Shown here: piece by piece, positions 8,486-19,655 of the stretch
Numbering within the stretch: position 1 is the first letter of the stretch
Layout: each line of letters opens with the position of its first letter
Program-made: the position numbers and the translations under genes
DNA from: Nitrosopumilus sp.
GTDB lineage: Archaea > Thermoproteota > Nitrososphaeria > Nitrososphaerales > Nitrosopumilaceae
Direction of reading: 5' to 3'
Length of the DNA: 64,000 bases
NCBI GenBank assembly: GCA_965214775.1
Contig: OZ243974.1
Span: forward strand, 480,001-544,000
Notes under the pieces: generated by a model
Databases searched by the model: none
Told to the model about the DNA's origin: nothing
Seen by the model: only the letters and a program-made list of their open reading frames with translations

Positions 8486-10677
8486 GCTACGTCCTGTGCA
8501 TGACCGCAGTTCTGGCGTCGGTCTGCTGCCTTGCGGCAACAGCAACAGCAGTAGCGGCATACGGGGAGACCATAGAGATAGTGACATCCCGGGGAAACGT
8601 CTTTGTTGTAGACATGGGCCCGTCCGGTGGGCCGGATACGGCCGACGATGACGGGGGCAGCAACTCCATGATAGGCGGGCTCGGGATAAACTCGCGGCTC
8701 GTACACCACGGCGTGGCCGGCACCATGATCCACGGCCCGGGTACGACGGGCACCGAGGAGTCGCTGAGGCCGTACACCACGGTTCCCTCCGATACGCGGT
8801 TCGTCGCGATACTTGAGGATGACGGGGCCGACTCGTATCCCGTCCCCGACGCGTATTCAAGGTACGAGTTTGTGGGTGGCGCACTAGAGCGCAGAACCGC
8901 AGAGCCTGCAAACATACTCGGATACGCAGACGCCCGCACCGTTCATGGCAGCGTCGACATCGTGGTAGACGATGACGGCATAACGCTGTCAGGGGAGGGA
9001 CGGATCATACTGAGACTGCACGATACGACCGAGCAGATCCACATGCGGGGCCAGGCAGGCGGCGATACGGTGATGAGGGTTGTTCATTCCCCGTACGATC
9101 TGATGGCAATCCCGCATACGGGCAAGGGGTTCTTGGTAAATAACATGACATCAGATCCCGGAACAAGCGGGCTCGAGGTGCTGGTGGGATCCGTGGACGA
9201 CTCGGTAAAGTCGGCCAATTTCGAGTTCGTGCAGGAGGCCTCCCTGACCGTATACCATGGCAAGTGCTGCAAGGGAAGATACGTGCAGACGGGCTCCCAC
9301 GAGATAAGCACGCCTGCACACCTGATCATACAGGCCCACCCGAGCGGCTATCACGCAGTCACCGGCGACACTACCGATCCGTGGACCATGGATACGGACT
9401 CGATAAAGAGGCCCGGGGCCAAGACGCTCAGCACGCACTACAACAGGGTGACGGGCTTTGAGCACACCATACATGACACGCTCCCGGTCAGGCAGGCCGG
9501 GCCCTCCCTTGTCGGCGCCTTTGATGCCGAGTTTGGCGGCCTGCGCGACGCGTACCTGGTAGTCGACAGCAGCGGCCAAGCGCCCTCCAGGATATGGGCG
9601 CATACGATATCGGATGCCGACTTTGTCAGCATAGGGGGCGTCCCGGACGGCACCGCATACAGGATTACCAGCGGCGCGGATACCGTGTCTGCCGGCATAT
9701 CAGACGGGACCATAACGGTCGGGTCGTTCCCGACGCCCGCCCGGAGCGAGGAGCTTGCACTGCACCTGTATCCGGACGCCCTGGTGCATGTGGGAACGGG
9801 CGATGCGGGAATGATCGTCCTGGATCACGCAAACTCGGAATCCCTTGCAGTCGCAGGAGGAGGTGCCGACGAGGACACCGTGTATACGGTTCACGCATAC
9901 GTCAAGATTCCGGTGACCGGCGCCGTAACGATAAACGGCACCTCGATGGACGGTCTCGCGCTGCCGTATCTTGACGGCAGCTACTCGGGCGGCGATTCCA
10001 TGATGATCCCGGTGATCCCGACGTACAGGGGCATATCCATGTCGATAAACGGGATGGACGCATACCTTGGAATCGCGGACGTGCTGGGCGGGACCGGCCT
10101 GAGGATCACCGATCCCGTATCGAGTACGATCTCGGTATCACAGGACAGGTTTGTCGACAGCATCCAGTCAACTGCGGGAATAGTCGCGTACGCGGTGGCC
10201 CCGACGGACGGCAGGATGAAAGCGCACGTGAGGGCCGAGATCTCCGGCGTCTCGGAGATTACCAATACTAGGACATACTTTGAGAACACCCCGCCACCTC
10301 CCCCGCCGCCGCGGCCAAGGGATCCGCTGACGCTGTGGATAGAGGTGTACGTGAACGGCCAGCTGCGCGAGATCGACGGCCGCACCCAGACGCAGATCTT
10401 CTTCAGCGACACGCCCGGCGAGTCCCACCAGTCCGGCGCCAGCGGGAGCCACTCCACGTTCCATACGGCGCGATTCTCGTATCCTGACATCCTTGTATTT
10501 GACTCCATGTCCGTTCCCGTGGAGGCCGCCGACTTTGTGGAGTTTTACTTTTACAACCAGATAGAGGCGCACGGAAGCGTGCCGCCGCTGCCCTCAGGGT
10601 TTCACGAGCATGCGCAGCACGGCCGCGCCTCGGCCACCGCGACCATGCGGTATGCCAGCATAAACACCGGCATGTGA
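8482..10677 (+). CDS. Large secreted/surface protein
   Basis: Signal peptide, IEIVTSRGNVF motif, poly-Pro linker; ATGA overlap with the previous gene. Confidence 0.75.
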   Translation: MSYVLCMTAVLASVCCLAATATAVAAYGETIEIVTSRGNVFVVDMGPSGGPDTADDDGGSNSMIGGLGINSRLVHHGVAGTMIHGPGTTGTEESLRPYTTVPSDTRFVAILEDDGADSYPVPDAYSRYEFVGGALERRTAEPANILGYADARTVHGSVDIVVDDDGITLSGEGRIILRLHDTTEQIHMRGQAGGDTVMRVVHSPYDLMAIPHTGKGFLVNNMTSDPGTSGLEVLVGSVDDSVKSANFEFVQEASLTVYHGKCCKGRYVQTGSHEISTPAHLIIQAHPSGYHAVTGDTTDPWTMDTDSIKRPGAKTLSTHYNRVTGFEHTIHDTLPVRQAGPSLVGAFDAEFGGLRDAYLVVDSSGQAPSRIWAHTISDADFVSIGGVPDGTAYRITSGADTVSAGISDGTITVGSFPTPARSEELALHLYPDALVHVGTGDAGMIVLDHANSESLAVAGGGADEDTVYTVHAYVKIPVTGAVTINGTSMDGLALPYLDGSYSGGDSMMIPVIPTYRGISMSINGMDAYLGIADVLGGTGLRITDPVSSTISVSQDRFVDSIQSTAGIVAYAVAPTDGRMKAHVRAEISGVSEITNTRTYFENTPPPPPPPRPRDPLTLWIEVYVNGQLREIDGRTQTQIFFSDTPGESHQSGASGSHSTFHTARFSYPDILVFDSMSVPVEAADFVEFYFYNQIEAHGSVPPLPSGFHEHAQHGRASATATMRYASINTGM

Positions 10678-12805
10678 GGCTTAAATCTATAGTGTCGTTT
10701 TGCAGGCAGATGATCGTACAGGGAACGGTACTTGCGGCGCTGCTGCTGCTGTGCGCGGCCCCCGTGGCCATATACGGGGAGGAGCTGTGGGTCCCCCGGC
10801 ACATGATTGCGGGCCAGACCTATCACGGAGTAGTAATCCTGCCAGAGGCCTCGCCGCACGGATCCCTGGTACTGCTCTCCTCGGGCGGGGACGTCGGGAT
10901 GCCACAGAGCCTGTACATACCGTCGCTGCACAACCACGGGATATTCGAGATGGTGCCGGAGGGAGACGGCCCCGTCGAGATCCTTGCAACCATACACGGG
11001 GCGCTCCACTCCGCAGAGAGCACCGTATACCCTGAGACTTCCTCCCCTGCAAGGTTGCAGCTGATCCTGCCTGCCAACGCCACCCTCGCTGATTCCATGA
11101 TCGGATATGTAGCAGTCGTGGACGAGCACGGCCTTCCGGTCATATCAGATGAGACCATCAGGGTCACGCTTGCCGCATCAGGATCAGTCCAGGTGCCTTC
11201 CGGCGTGCACATTGCCAACGGCACGTTCTATGACTCGTTTTACATGGATACCGAGGGGCCGGGCGGGATAATTGCAAGCGCCGCCGGACTGCAGCCGGAT
11301 CACGCCGAGATGCAGAGGGTCCGGGACGGGGTAACGGTGAGAGTCGGGATTGCGCCGGATATTGCAATGCCGGACTCCTTTGCGTACTATTACGTCTGGC
11401 TTGAAAAGGACGGCGCCCCCTTCAAGCCGCCGGGCACGGCAAGGGCGTTCATACACTCCAACAACCATGACATCGCAAGGACCCATGTCAGTCCTGCCTT
11501 TGACTCTGACGGGTTTGCAGTAACCTTGGTCGACGGGGTCGCACGCGGGGTGATATACACGGGTTCAGCTGGCCATGCCGTCATATCTGCAAGCATCCCG
11601 GAGCTCGGCATGGGGCAGGACATGATGTTTGTCGGGGCCGCCAGGTTTGACGGCATGCACGACGACATTGACGAGAGGCACGCATACATGGTATCTGAAC
11701 AGCGGGGGGATCCGGAGGCCAACCTCATACGGTCGTGGATATATCCTGATATAACCGACGGGACGGCGTGGGGGGTTGCAGCCATGTACAACGTGGACAA
11801 GGACAGATACCTTGACGCAAGGCTGGATGAGTCGGGCAGGCTTGAGACTGTCATATCCGAGGACATGATACTTGCACCCGTGGAGACCGACGGCAGGACG
11901 GTCTATGTCTCCTCGCCATACGGCCTGGAGCATGCAGACGCCCTTGTCATGAGATATGACATGATGCCCACAAACGCCGCCGAGTTTGAGATCAGGGGGA
12001 CCGGTGCCGGAAGCTACGAGATGTCGCTCTCCGGCCAGGGGCTGGAGCCCTCATCGTCCCGGGTAAACGTCACCGAGCCGCACGGCAGCAGGTTTCAGCT
12101 CAGCATATCGGCGCTTCCGGTGCTTGGCGACACGTGGCAGGATCTTGCCATGATATCAGTCGTGGACGGGGACGGCGCGATGGTGGATGCCGCCGAGATC
12201 CTTGGAAGGGACGCGGAGATCTCCGTCGTGGCGCCCGGGGGCATAAGCCCGGGCCCGATCCGGCCGGCCCACTCGGGCTCCGCCATACTGGACGGAACGC
12301 TGGACGGGCCGGCGCAGATCACGGCAATACTTGACGGCGTGGGATCGGCCAGCTCCGATATCATTCCTGCGGGGGTGGCGACCTCCCTTGAGCTGCTGCT
12401 GCCCGGATCAGTGCATATCGGCGAGGAGTTTCCGTTTGCGGTACACGAGACAGACAAGCTCGGCATTCCGATACGAAAGGCAGATTCGGTAAGGATATCG
12501 ACGCCTCTTGAGCTGTCCGCAGGCGAGCACATGGTATTGCGCGAGTCCGGTACGGGAAACGTGTCTGCAATATCGGGCGCCGGGGCCGACGGCGCGCAGA
12601 TATCGGGGTTTGCCAATGTAATGCGCGCGGAGCTTGACGTGGATCAGTCCAGGCTCAGGATAGGGGAGACGGCGCGCATCGAGGTAATCAACGACATAGA
12701 TGCGCAATATTCGATAGATACGAGGCAGCCCTTTGAGCGCGTCTCTGACTCGGTATTCGTGATAACCGCGGACAGCGAGGGCGAGTCCACCGTAAGCATA
12801 CTTGC

Positions 12806-13870
12806 TGTATTATATGAAAATTATGTCGCACCATCACCAATGTCCTCCTCCATCCATCTTGGGTTGCTTTTCCTGATCGCTTCTGTGGCCTCCCTGTCGG
12901 AGAATGCCCGCAGCGGCGTCTCGTAGTTGTCGATGTCAAGCGACCAGTGCAGCCTGTCCTCGTTATAGTAGTCGATGTATGCAGACAGACTCTTGTGGTT
13001 CCATATCTCCTCCTCGATGCTCCTGTGGAATCTCTCCAGTTTGCCATTGGTCTGCGGGTGATACGGCCTGGAGTTTATCAGCCCGATTTCGCAGTTGAGC
13101 AGCTCCTCCTCAAAGGCAGTGGGCCTCCATCCGCCCTTGGGCGGACTCTTCTTCTTCTTCGGATCCGAGCGCGCCCCGACAAAGCACTTGCCGTTGTCTG
13201 AGAGTATGGTGGCAGGCGCGCCGAACTGGGCCACGGCCTGCCGCAGGACCGCCACGACGTTTTCTGAGGTGGCCTCCCTGAACAGGCCCGCACCAGTCAC
13301 GCACCTGGACGAGTCGTCTAGGAACGTGACCAAATTGAGCCCTGCAAAGCGCGGATCCTTCATGGTATGCCAGTCCACGTGCCACATGGCATTGGAGTAT
13401 TTGCGCTCAAAGCGGACGTATTTTCTGGGCATTGATTTTGCAGCCGATGGCGTCACCAGCCCGTTTTCTTTCATTATCCTGTATACCTCGTAGTAGCTTA
13501 TATCGAGTTGCCTTCGCAGCCTCTTGGCCGTATGAACCACCCCTGCTGCACTGTGTTTGTACTCCTCCAGGACTGCGCGCACGTCCCCGTCGGGAACCGG
13601 GGCGCTCTTTTTCCTTCCCGGCTTGAGCGGCACGTGGTGCGTGTCGCCTGTCTTCCTGAACCGGGCATACATCCGCTGGACGTGCCTTGTCGTGACGCCT
13701 ATCTCCGGGGCCACCTCCGAGGGCTTTCGTCCCCCTGCACATTGCGTCACTGCGTATCTGATCTGCTTTGCCTCGAGCCTTACAACCATCGGTTTTCTTG
13801 ATCGGTAAAGCCTAAAGTAATCCTTTGCAATCCTCCTCAAATTAGTGCGACCTAATTTTCGTACAATAGA
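12806..13870 (-). mobile_element. IS481-family insertion sequence, 1065 bp, 16-bp TSD
   Basis: Ends tgtattatatgaaaattatgtcgcac / gtgcgacctaattttcgtacaataga; ccgtaagcatacttgc at 12790-12805 and 13871-13886. Confidence 0.92.
12821..13840 (-). CDS. IS481-family transposase
   Basis: HTH plus rve core: WHVDW, LDDSSR, LSDNG, PQTNGKLERFH. Confidence 0.92.
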   Translation of the reverse strand: MRRIAKDYFRLYRSRKPMVVRLEAKQIRYAVTQCAGGRKPSEVAPEIGVTTRHVQRMYARFRKTGDTHHVPLKPGRKKSAPVPDGDVRAVLEEYKHSAAGVVHTAKRLRRQLDISYYEVYRIMKENGLVTPSAAKSMPRKYVRFERKYSNAMWHVDWHTMKDPRFAGLNLVTFLDDSSRCVTGAGLFREATSENVVAVLRQAVAQFGAPATILSDNGKCFVGARSDPKKKKSPPKGGWRPTAFEEELLNCEIGLINSRPYHPQTNGKLERFHRSIEEEIWNHKSLSAYIDYYNEDRLHWSLDIDNYETPLRAFSDREATEAIRKSNPRWMEEDIGDGAT

Positions 13871-14646
13871 CCGTAAGCATACTTGCGACCAGGCCCGGGT
13901 ACGAGCCGGTCATGCTGTCTGCCGAGCTGCAGATACTCCACATATACCTCATGGATATAGACGTCACGGACTCGGGCGGCCTGCGGATACACCCAAGGTT
14001 CACGGTTACCGCGGGCCCGGACTCGGCAGTCGTCGGGCCCCCGTACCATGCAGAGTTTCGGCCGGGAACCGTGAAAGTCGAGTTCCCGGAGCACCACTCT
14101 TCGGATACCGCGGGATACTCCTTTGATCATGCCGTGGTAAACGATGAAATATCACACCACAGCGTGCTGTCGCTAGAGCCGGACGGGGATGTTGTGATAA
14201 ATGCGGTGTACCGGCAGGAGGTGCTGATAAGCGTGATCGGCGGGGAGGGCTCCGGAGTGTACGGTATAGGCCAGACTGTGACCGTCAGTGCTCCCGAAAG
14301 ACACGTCGTGTCATTTCTGGTGCGCGAGGTCTTTGAGAGATGGGACGGGCTAGAACACGGCTCTGCCACGGCCACGTTTGCAGCCGGGGAGAACATGGAG
14401 ATAACTGCAGTGTACCGGACCGATTACACGTACCTGATGGTAATCGTTGCCGCACCACTGCTTGCGGGAAGTGCCATCGTGCTGTACAGGATGTCGGGAC
14501 TGGGATGGGCAATGAAGAATGTAATAGACAGGATGGCAGGCCTCATTCCCGGAGCATCCGCAAAAAGGGACGGCGCCGGGGGCCAGGATCTACAGGAGAA
14601 GGACTGACCGTTTCCTGCCTTTTAACCTGCCGTCCATTGATGGTCG

Positions 14647-16995
14647 TTGAAGGTCCTCATCTGTCTGCTTGCATTCATTGCGGTATTCCTTGCAGCCGAG
14701 GCGGCACACGCGTACCACGGCACGTCGTTTCCGTGCAGCCTGCGCGTGCAGGGTACGATACTGCCCGTATACTACGACGGCAGTCCCCGGAACAATCCTG
14801 ACGGGACGTTTTATCCGGGCGACTCGTTTTACTATCTGGTAAGCTATTCGGCAGGCCCCCAGTGCAGGGGCCTGCACACGCACGAAATAAGGCACACGGA
14901 CGGGCTAGAGATAGAGTTCCATGTGTCGGGGCCCCCGCGTCCGGGCCGCGTAGGGGATGACGGGTACACGGATCCCGACTCTGTGGACAGGATAAGAAAT
15001 GTAATAGAATCCAGGTGCGAAAGAAGCGGCCAGTACTCTGGATGCTTCTTTGGCAAGGCCACCGTCTCCGGGGACGCGGGGTTCTCCTGCACCGGATCGG
15101 ATCCCTGTGTAGACAGGACCGAACACGTAGAGCAGTCGGTGACTGCGATCAAGAGAGTCTGCACAAGCGGTGACGGGGGCATAAGGTGCAGAAACGTGCC
15201 AGTCACAAGGACCGCCGTCATGACGCCCCCCGTCCTCAAGCCCTCCCTGGACGTGATCCTGACAAGGGAGATCCTGCATGACGCAGACGGGTACGAGGCC
15301 CGCAACCTTGACGGGACATACTATCTCTGGGATCCGGTCACCGTACTGCACGTGCAGCAGTTCCGGTGGAAGGACCATCGCGCCAATACGATACACTTTG
15401 AGACAGGCAGGAGCACGGACCTGCATACGGAGGCGGTACGAGAGTGCGGCGAGAACTCGTGCGATGTGATACTGGAGCATTCCGGGCTTACCCCGTCCGG
15501 ATGGCGCCTTGGCAACGGCGACGGCATTACGATATACAACGCCACCGGCGAGCCGCACCTGGGACGGGCCGAGATAGATTATGACGTCAGGGTGTACAAC
15601 AACGGTGAGCTTCTGCTGGACTATAACGAGGAGGTGACAGACGCGCTGATCGTCCTATATCTGCCGCAGTACACGGAATATCCGTACTCGCTGCTGTCTG
15701 ACGACATGCGTACCTCGTATCAGAACCGCGCCTCGGTGGCGCTGCACTACTTTGGCTCGCTTGGCGGGGGGCCTGACGATGCGGAGCTGCTACACGAGGA
15801 CAGGCGCAGCAAGATAAACGACTTTGCATACGCGGGATTCGGCCTTGATCCGTGGCATCCCGTCATGTTCAACGAGACACTGTCATGGTCGGAGGCAGTG
15901 GACGTGGGAATAATCCCGTACCCGGGGGGACACGAGCATATACTATCGCCGTCGTCACATCCGGGTATAATACCGTGCACGACAAAGGAACACGGCACTG
16001 CCATGATGAAAAAATCAGGATACTGCAAGATCCACTTTGACTATCCAATTCTGGATACGGTCACGGGGCCGTCGGGCCCCAGATACGAGAACGCCACGCT
16101 GTTCAACACCCTGATATCGCACGACTTTGCGGGAAGACACGACACGTATCTCTCACACTACGAGTACAGGTTTGCCGAGCCATTCCTGCACACCATGCTC
16201 CGCGTGGAATCCGTCGGGGCAGGCGGCTCTGCGGCCGACACGCCGGTCACAGTAGACATAGGTCCTGCAGGCGACGTCCAGACGATCCCGGAGTATCTCC
16301 ACGAGAAGGCCACACACGATACCGGTGACGCCGGCCTAGGAATCATAGTCTCAAATGACACGCATCCGATCCAGTATTCGGCATCCGGCCAGGGGGCCAT
16401 CGATGTAAAGCTGCGCCGGGTCAGCTCCGAGTTTGGCAGGTACTCCATAGAGGGGAACCAGGACGTTGCAGGAAGGGACATCGCGGACCTTGCGCCGCTC
16501 TACCTTGCAAACTCCAAGAATGCCCGGCTTGAGGTGCCACTTGACGTGGGACTGGGCTCGCCCTCTCCGCTGTCGGTAAACGTTACTGCAGGCGGCATGA
16601 CAAGGCAATACGAGTACGACTATGCGGACTTTGGAAGCAACATCACCATATCGGCAAACCTTGCACAGGACAACATGCTTGCAGCATCGCGGGAGCACGG
16701 CTACGTGACTGTAACGGCGCCCCCCGAATTCGGGAGGATAGAAAGGCTGTATCTGGACGGCCAGGATACGGGTGCCGACTGCGGCGTATCCTGTATCATA
16801 AGCGTGCAGGACGATTCCTCAATCCGGGTTACGGCAGAAAACGGGTGGGGAGGAACCGCACATGCGACAGTCCCGGAGTTTGTGCCAGAAGAGCCGCGCC
16901 GGCTGCTGCCCGAGCACGTGGTTCCGCTTGCGCTGTTTGCGCTTGCAATGATTCCCGCGTACCTGGTATACGACAGGATGAAGAGCAGGCGCTGA
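14647..16995 (+). CDS. Large membrane-anchored surface protein
   Basis: Signal peptide (AHA), Cys-rich N-terminal region, C-terminal TM followed by basic tail. Confidence 0.75.
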   Translation: MKVLICLLAFIAVFLAAEAAHAYHGTSFPCSLRVQGTILPVYYDGSPRNNPDGTFYPGDSFYYLVSYSAGPQCRGLHTHEIRHTDGLEIEFHVSGPPRPGRVGDDGYTDPDSVDRIRNVIESRCERSGQYSGCFFGKATVSGDAGFSCTGSDPCVDRTEHVEQSVTAIKRVCTSGDGGIRCRNVPVTRTAVMTPPVLKPSLDVILTREILHDADGYEARNLDGTYYLWDPVTVLHVQQFRWKDHRANTIHFETGRSTDLHTEAVRECGENSCDVILEHSGLTPSGWRLGNGDGITIYNATGEPHLGRAEIDYDVRVYNNGELLLDYNEEVTDALIVLYLPQYTEYPYSLLSDDMRTSYQNRASVALHYFGSLGGGPDDAELLHEDRRSKINDFAYAGFGLDPWHPVMFNETLSWSEAVDVGIIPYPGGHEHILSPSSHPGIIPCTTKEHGTAMMKKSGYCKIHFDYPILDTVTGPSGPRYENATLFNTLISHDFAGRHDTYLSHYEYRFAEPFLHTMLRVESVGAGGSAADTPVTVDIGPAGDVQTIPEYLHEKATHDTGDAGLGIIVSNDTHPIQYSASGQGAIDVKLRRVSSEFGRYSIEGNQDVAGRDIADLAPLYLANSKNARLEVPLDVGLGSPSPLSVNVTAGGMTRQYEYDYADFGSNITISANLAQDNMLAASREHGYVTVTAPPEFGRIERLYLDGQDTGADCGVSCIISVQDDSSIRVTAENGWGGTAHATVPEFVPEEPRRLLPEHVVPLALFALAMIPAYLVYDRMKSRR

Positions 16996-17197
16996 ACAGT
17001 ATTGCCTGTCCAATCAACCATGCTGTAAAAATGAAAAAAATTACTCCTCGCTGTCCGAAGAGTTTGACGTATGCTCTTTTTTTGGAAACAATGCTTTTTT
17101 CAAATCTCCGCCTACCCTTATTGGCTTGACAGTAGATTCGGCCTCATCGTTACTCATACCATTACAATGCGGATGTTTTATAATAGAGTTGTCCATC

Positions 17198-17710
17198 ATG
17201 TGTTCGTTGCAGGAAGAATTTCTAGAAGAAATGAGATTGGAGTATGACAGGCGTAATCAGGCATCTGAAAGTTTGATAAAAAAAGCAAACAATCTGATGA
17301 CCGTATCTGGAATAATCGCCACCTTGATTATGGGGCTTTATGGCTCTTCGTATGATGCGGAAGGGTTCCAAATCTTTGAGCCCCAGAGCTTGATTTTAGT
17401 TAGCATGGTGATGATGATCGTTACCGTATTTTACTGTGTTGTGTCAAACAGAGTGGAATTTCAACGCACGATATTCTTGGGCAAAAACTTTCTTGAGCAT
17501 TCTATGACAAGCTCTAAAATCATCAAAAGCTGGACAAATTCAGCAAGAGATGACTACCATGAGGCATTAATCGACGAATATGTCAAGTGCTTGTATCAGG
17601 CTGAATGCGTAATTGAAGAAAAATCAGAGAAGCTGGGTAATGCAATAAGAATATTCTTGTTTGGGTTAATTAGCTTTCCAGTGCTCTTTGCACTCGGCAT
17701 GGTTTTTTGA
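17198..17710 (+). CDS. 3-TM membrane protein (Pycsar-effector-like topology)
   Basis: KANNLMTVSGII...2 TM...KSEKLGNAIRIFLFG...TM. Confidence 0.55.
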   Translation: MCSLQEEFLEEMRLEYDRRNQASESLIKKANNLMTVSGIIATLIMGLYGSSYDAEGFQIFEPQSLILVSMVMMIVTVFYCVVSNRVEFQRTIFLGKNFLEHSMTSSKIIKSWTNSARDDYHEALIDEYVKCLYQAECVIEEKSEKLGNAIRIFLFGLISFPVLFALGMVF

Positions 17711-17760
17711 TTTCTGAGGCTATTCCGTGGATCGGTTTCGGATTTTGGGCCGTGTTGTGG

Positions 17761-17852
17761 GCATACTGGCAATCACAGGTTCTTGAAGGCCGCCTGCTAC
17801 CTGCAGAGGTATCTGATCATGAAACACTTGGAACTTTTGCTCGTTAGCATGC
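17761..17852. repeat. MITE-like repeat family B, copy 1 (copy 2 at 50593-50686)
   Basis: Imperfect TIRs; shared ttcttgaa...tgatcatgaaa...gaacttttgctcg. Confidence 0.6.
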
Positions 17853-17872
17853 CTCTGACAAGACCATACGGC

Positions 17873-17982
17873 AGTCTTCCAAGCAACATAAAATGGTTTC
17901 AACTCGAAGCAGTTCAGACCGGCCTGCAGATCCGCACATCGTAGTCTGCACCGCCATGAGCATGGCTACATTTGGGAAGATT
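17873..17982. repeat. MITE-like repeat family A, copy 1
   Basis: gtcttcc...tgggaaga termini and tgcagatccgca core shared with 36190, 43216 and 50471. Confidence 0.6.
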
Positions 17983-18040
17983 GCAGATAATCAAAGACTT
18001 TTAATCGCCGCCACAGTAGCTAGATTAATCCGGGATTCAG

Positions 18041-18457
18041 ATGTCAGAACCGTTGGAATGGATTTATCCATTTGAAGCAATTATTTATTCACGAGATGAA
18101 TTATACAGATATAGTCTTGGTTCAGCAATAACAATCAAAGGCCAAAACTCGGTAATATGCCTTAGAAATATTGACGACGACAAAGTTGCAGGATATTTGA
18201 AATTCAATGTGGATTCAAACACGGACAGCATGAATGAGATTGGAGATATTGCAAAATCAATTTTTGTTAGGTTTGAAGATTCAATGTTACTAAAAGGAAG
18301 AATTCTTAGGGAGACAAAATTTGGTGGGTTAAAGTGTATGAATTGCCAAGGTCGAAAATTCAAGGTTAGTTCTGAACTTGCTATAAGGTGGAAAATTGAA
18401 GGCAAAACAGGAACCATATCCGAGAATGAGGAACGGAAGATTGAAAAATTTTTCAAA
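18041..18457 (+). pseudogene. 5' fragment of a hypothetical gene truncated by IS481
   Basis: AT-rich ORF runs directly into the IS481 left end at 18458. Confidence 0.6.
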
Positions 18458-19609
18458 TGTGGGATCCAGAAAGTAGTTCGCCCCCCCTTATTTGACATCA
18501 TACTCCTCTCCTGTCTGCCCGTCAATAACGGTTTCCCCCTCCTTGGGCATCTTTCTGAGAAATGCCTGTGCGGGCGTCTCCTGGTTGTCCCAGTCCAGCG
18601 ACCTGTGGGGCCTGTCATGATTGTACCACTGCATGAACAGGTCTATCGGGTCGCTTTTTCTCATCATGATCTCCTCGAACTCGTGCAGCTTGCGCTGGAT
18701 CTCCCCGTGGAGGCGCTCGACCTTTCCGTTGGTCTGGGGTCGTCCCACGCCTGCCAGGATCTGCCGTATTCCCAGTTCTGTCAGTTTCTTTTCAAACTCG
18801 CCTTCGCCCCTCTTTTTTGCCGTCTCTTTCTCGTTGGCATAGAACTGGCTGCCGTGGTCTGTCATGATCGAGGCCGGCTTGCCGTGCTTTTCTATTGCCG
18901 TCTCAAGCACTGCCAGGGCGTTTTTGGTCGTGGCATTATCAAAGATGCCATATCCGGTCACAAACCTGGAGGCATCGTCCTCGTAGCACAGGAACCATCT
19001 GCCGTCGTGCATTCCGCCGTGGATCTGCTTCCAGTCTGTATGCCACAGCGAGTTTGAGTGATCGCGCTCGTAGCGGACCCACCTGTACCTTGTACCCTTG
19101 CTGGGCTGCGCCTCTGCCATCTCCTCGTCCCTCAGTATCTTGTGTATGATGCCGTGCGGGATATGGATTCCGGTCTGATTCGCTATGCGCTGCTGCAGTC
19201 CGGCAGCCCCCATGTGCTCTGCATGTCTGGCAGACATGACTGCAGAGTGCTCCCTGCGTCCGGGCAGACCGTTCTGGGGCCTTCCCATTGGCGCAGGATG
19301 CGATATCTCGCTTGCCGCAGGGCAGCCTTTGTGCCTGGCCCACAGCTTCTGGACCCACCGTACTGTCACGTCCATGGTTCCGGCTATCTGGGCGTTGGTA
19401 AGCTCGCCCTTTTTCTTTTCTTTCACTATCCATTGTACTTGGCTTTTCTCTAGCTTCATGCCGTTTGGGTGCTCAAGACTCACGTATTTACGGAGCTTTC
19501 GTCGCCAGACCCACACACCTGTACTTCCAGTGTGGGTCAGGCTTGCACATCTGCTCCTGACCGACTTTACACACTCGGAGAAGGGGTGAACTACTTTTTG
19601 GACTATACA
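18458..19609 (-). mobile_element. IS481-family insertion sequence (second subtype), no TSD
   Basis: Ends tgtgggatccagaaagtagttcgcccc / ggggtgaactactttttggactataca. Confidence 0.85.
18488..19459 (-). CDS. IS481-family transposase
   Basis: WHTDWK, EDDASR, MTDHGSQF, PQTNGKVERLH. Confidence 0.9.
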   Translation of the reverse strand: MKLEKSQVQWIVKEKKKGELTNAQIAGTMDVTVRWVQKLWARHKGCPAASEISHPAPMGRPQNGLPGRREHSAVMSARHAEHMGAAGLQQRIANQTGIHIPHGIIHKILRDEEMAEAQPSKGTRYRWVRYERDHSNSLWHTDWKQIHGGMHDGRWFLCYEDDASRFVTGYGIFDNATTKNALAVLETAIEKHGKPASIMTDHGSQFYANEKETAKKRGEGEFEKKLTELGIRQILAGVGRPQTNGKVERLHGEIQRKLHEFEEIMMRKSDPIDLFMQWYNHDRPHRSLDWDNQETPAQAFLRKMPKEGETVIDGQTGEEYDVK

Positions 19610-19655
19610 TAACGCCAACGTACTTGATGCCCTTGTCAGCAATGCCATCCTGGAC

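Larger units (their letters stand above)
10710..14607 (+). pseudogene. Large Ig-like surface protein (~938 aa) with C-terminal TM anchor, interrupted by IS481
   Basis: Removing 12806-13870 and one TSD copy joins ...STVSILA-TRPGYEPVMLSAEL... in frame with ORF 13912-14607. Confidence 0.85.

Noticed and set aside
1-19609. Composite transposon between the two identical IS481 ends
   Set aside because: Its boundaries would interleave with the better-supported element at 1805-36410, and the outer flank is outside the window, so it cannot be tested
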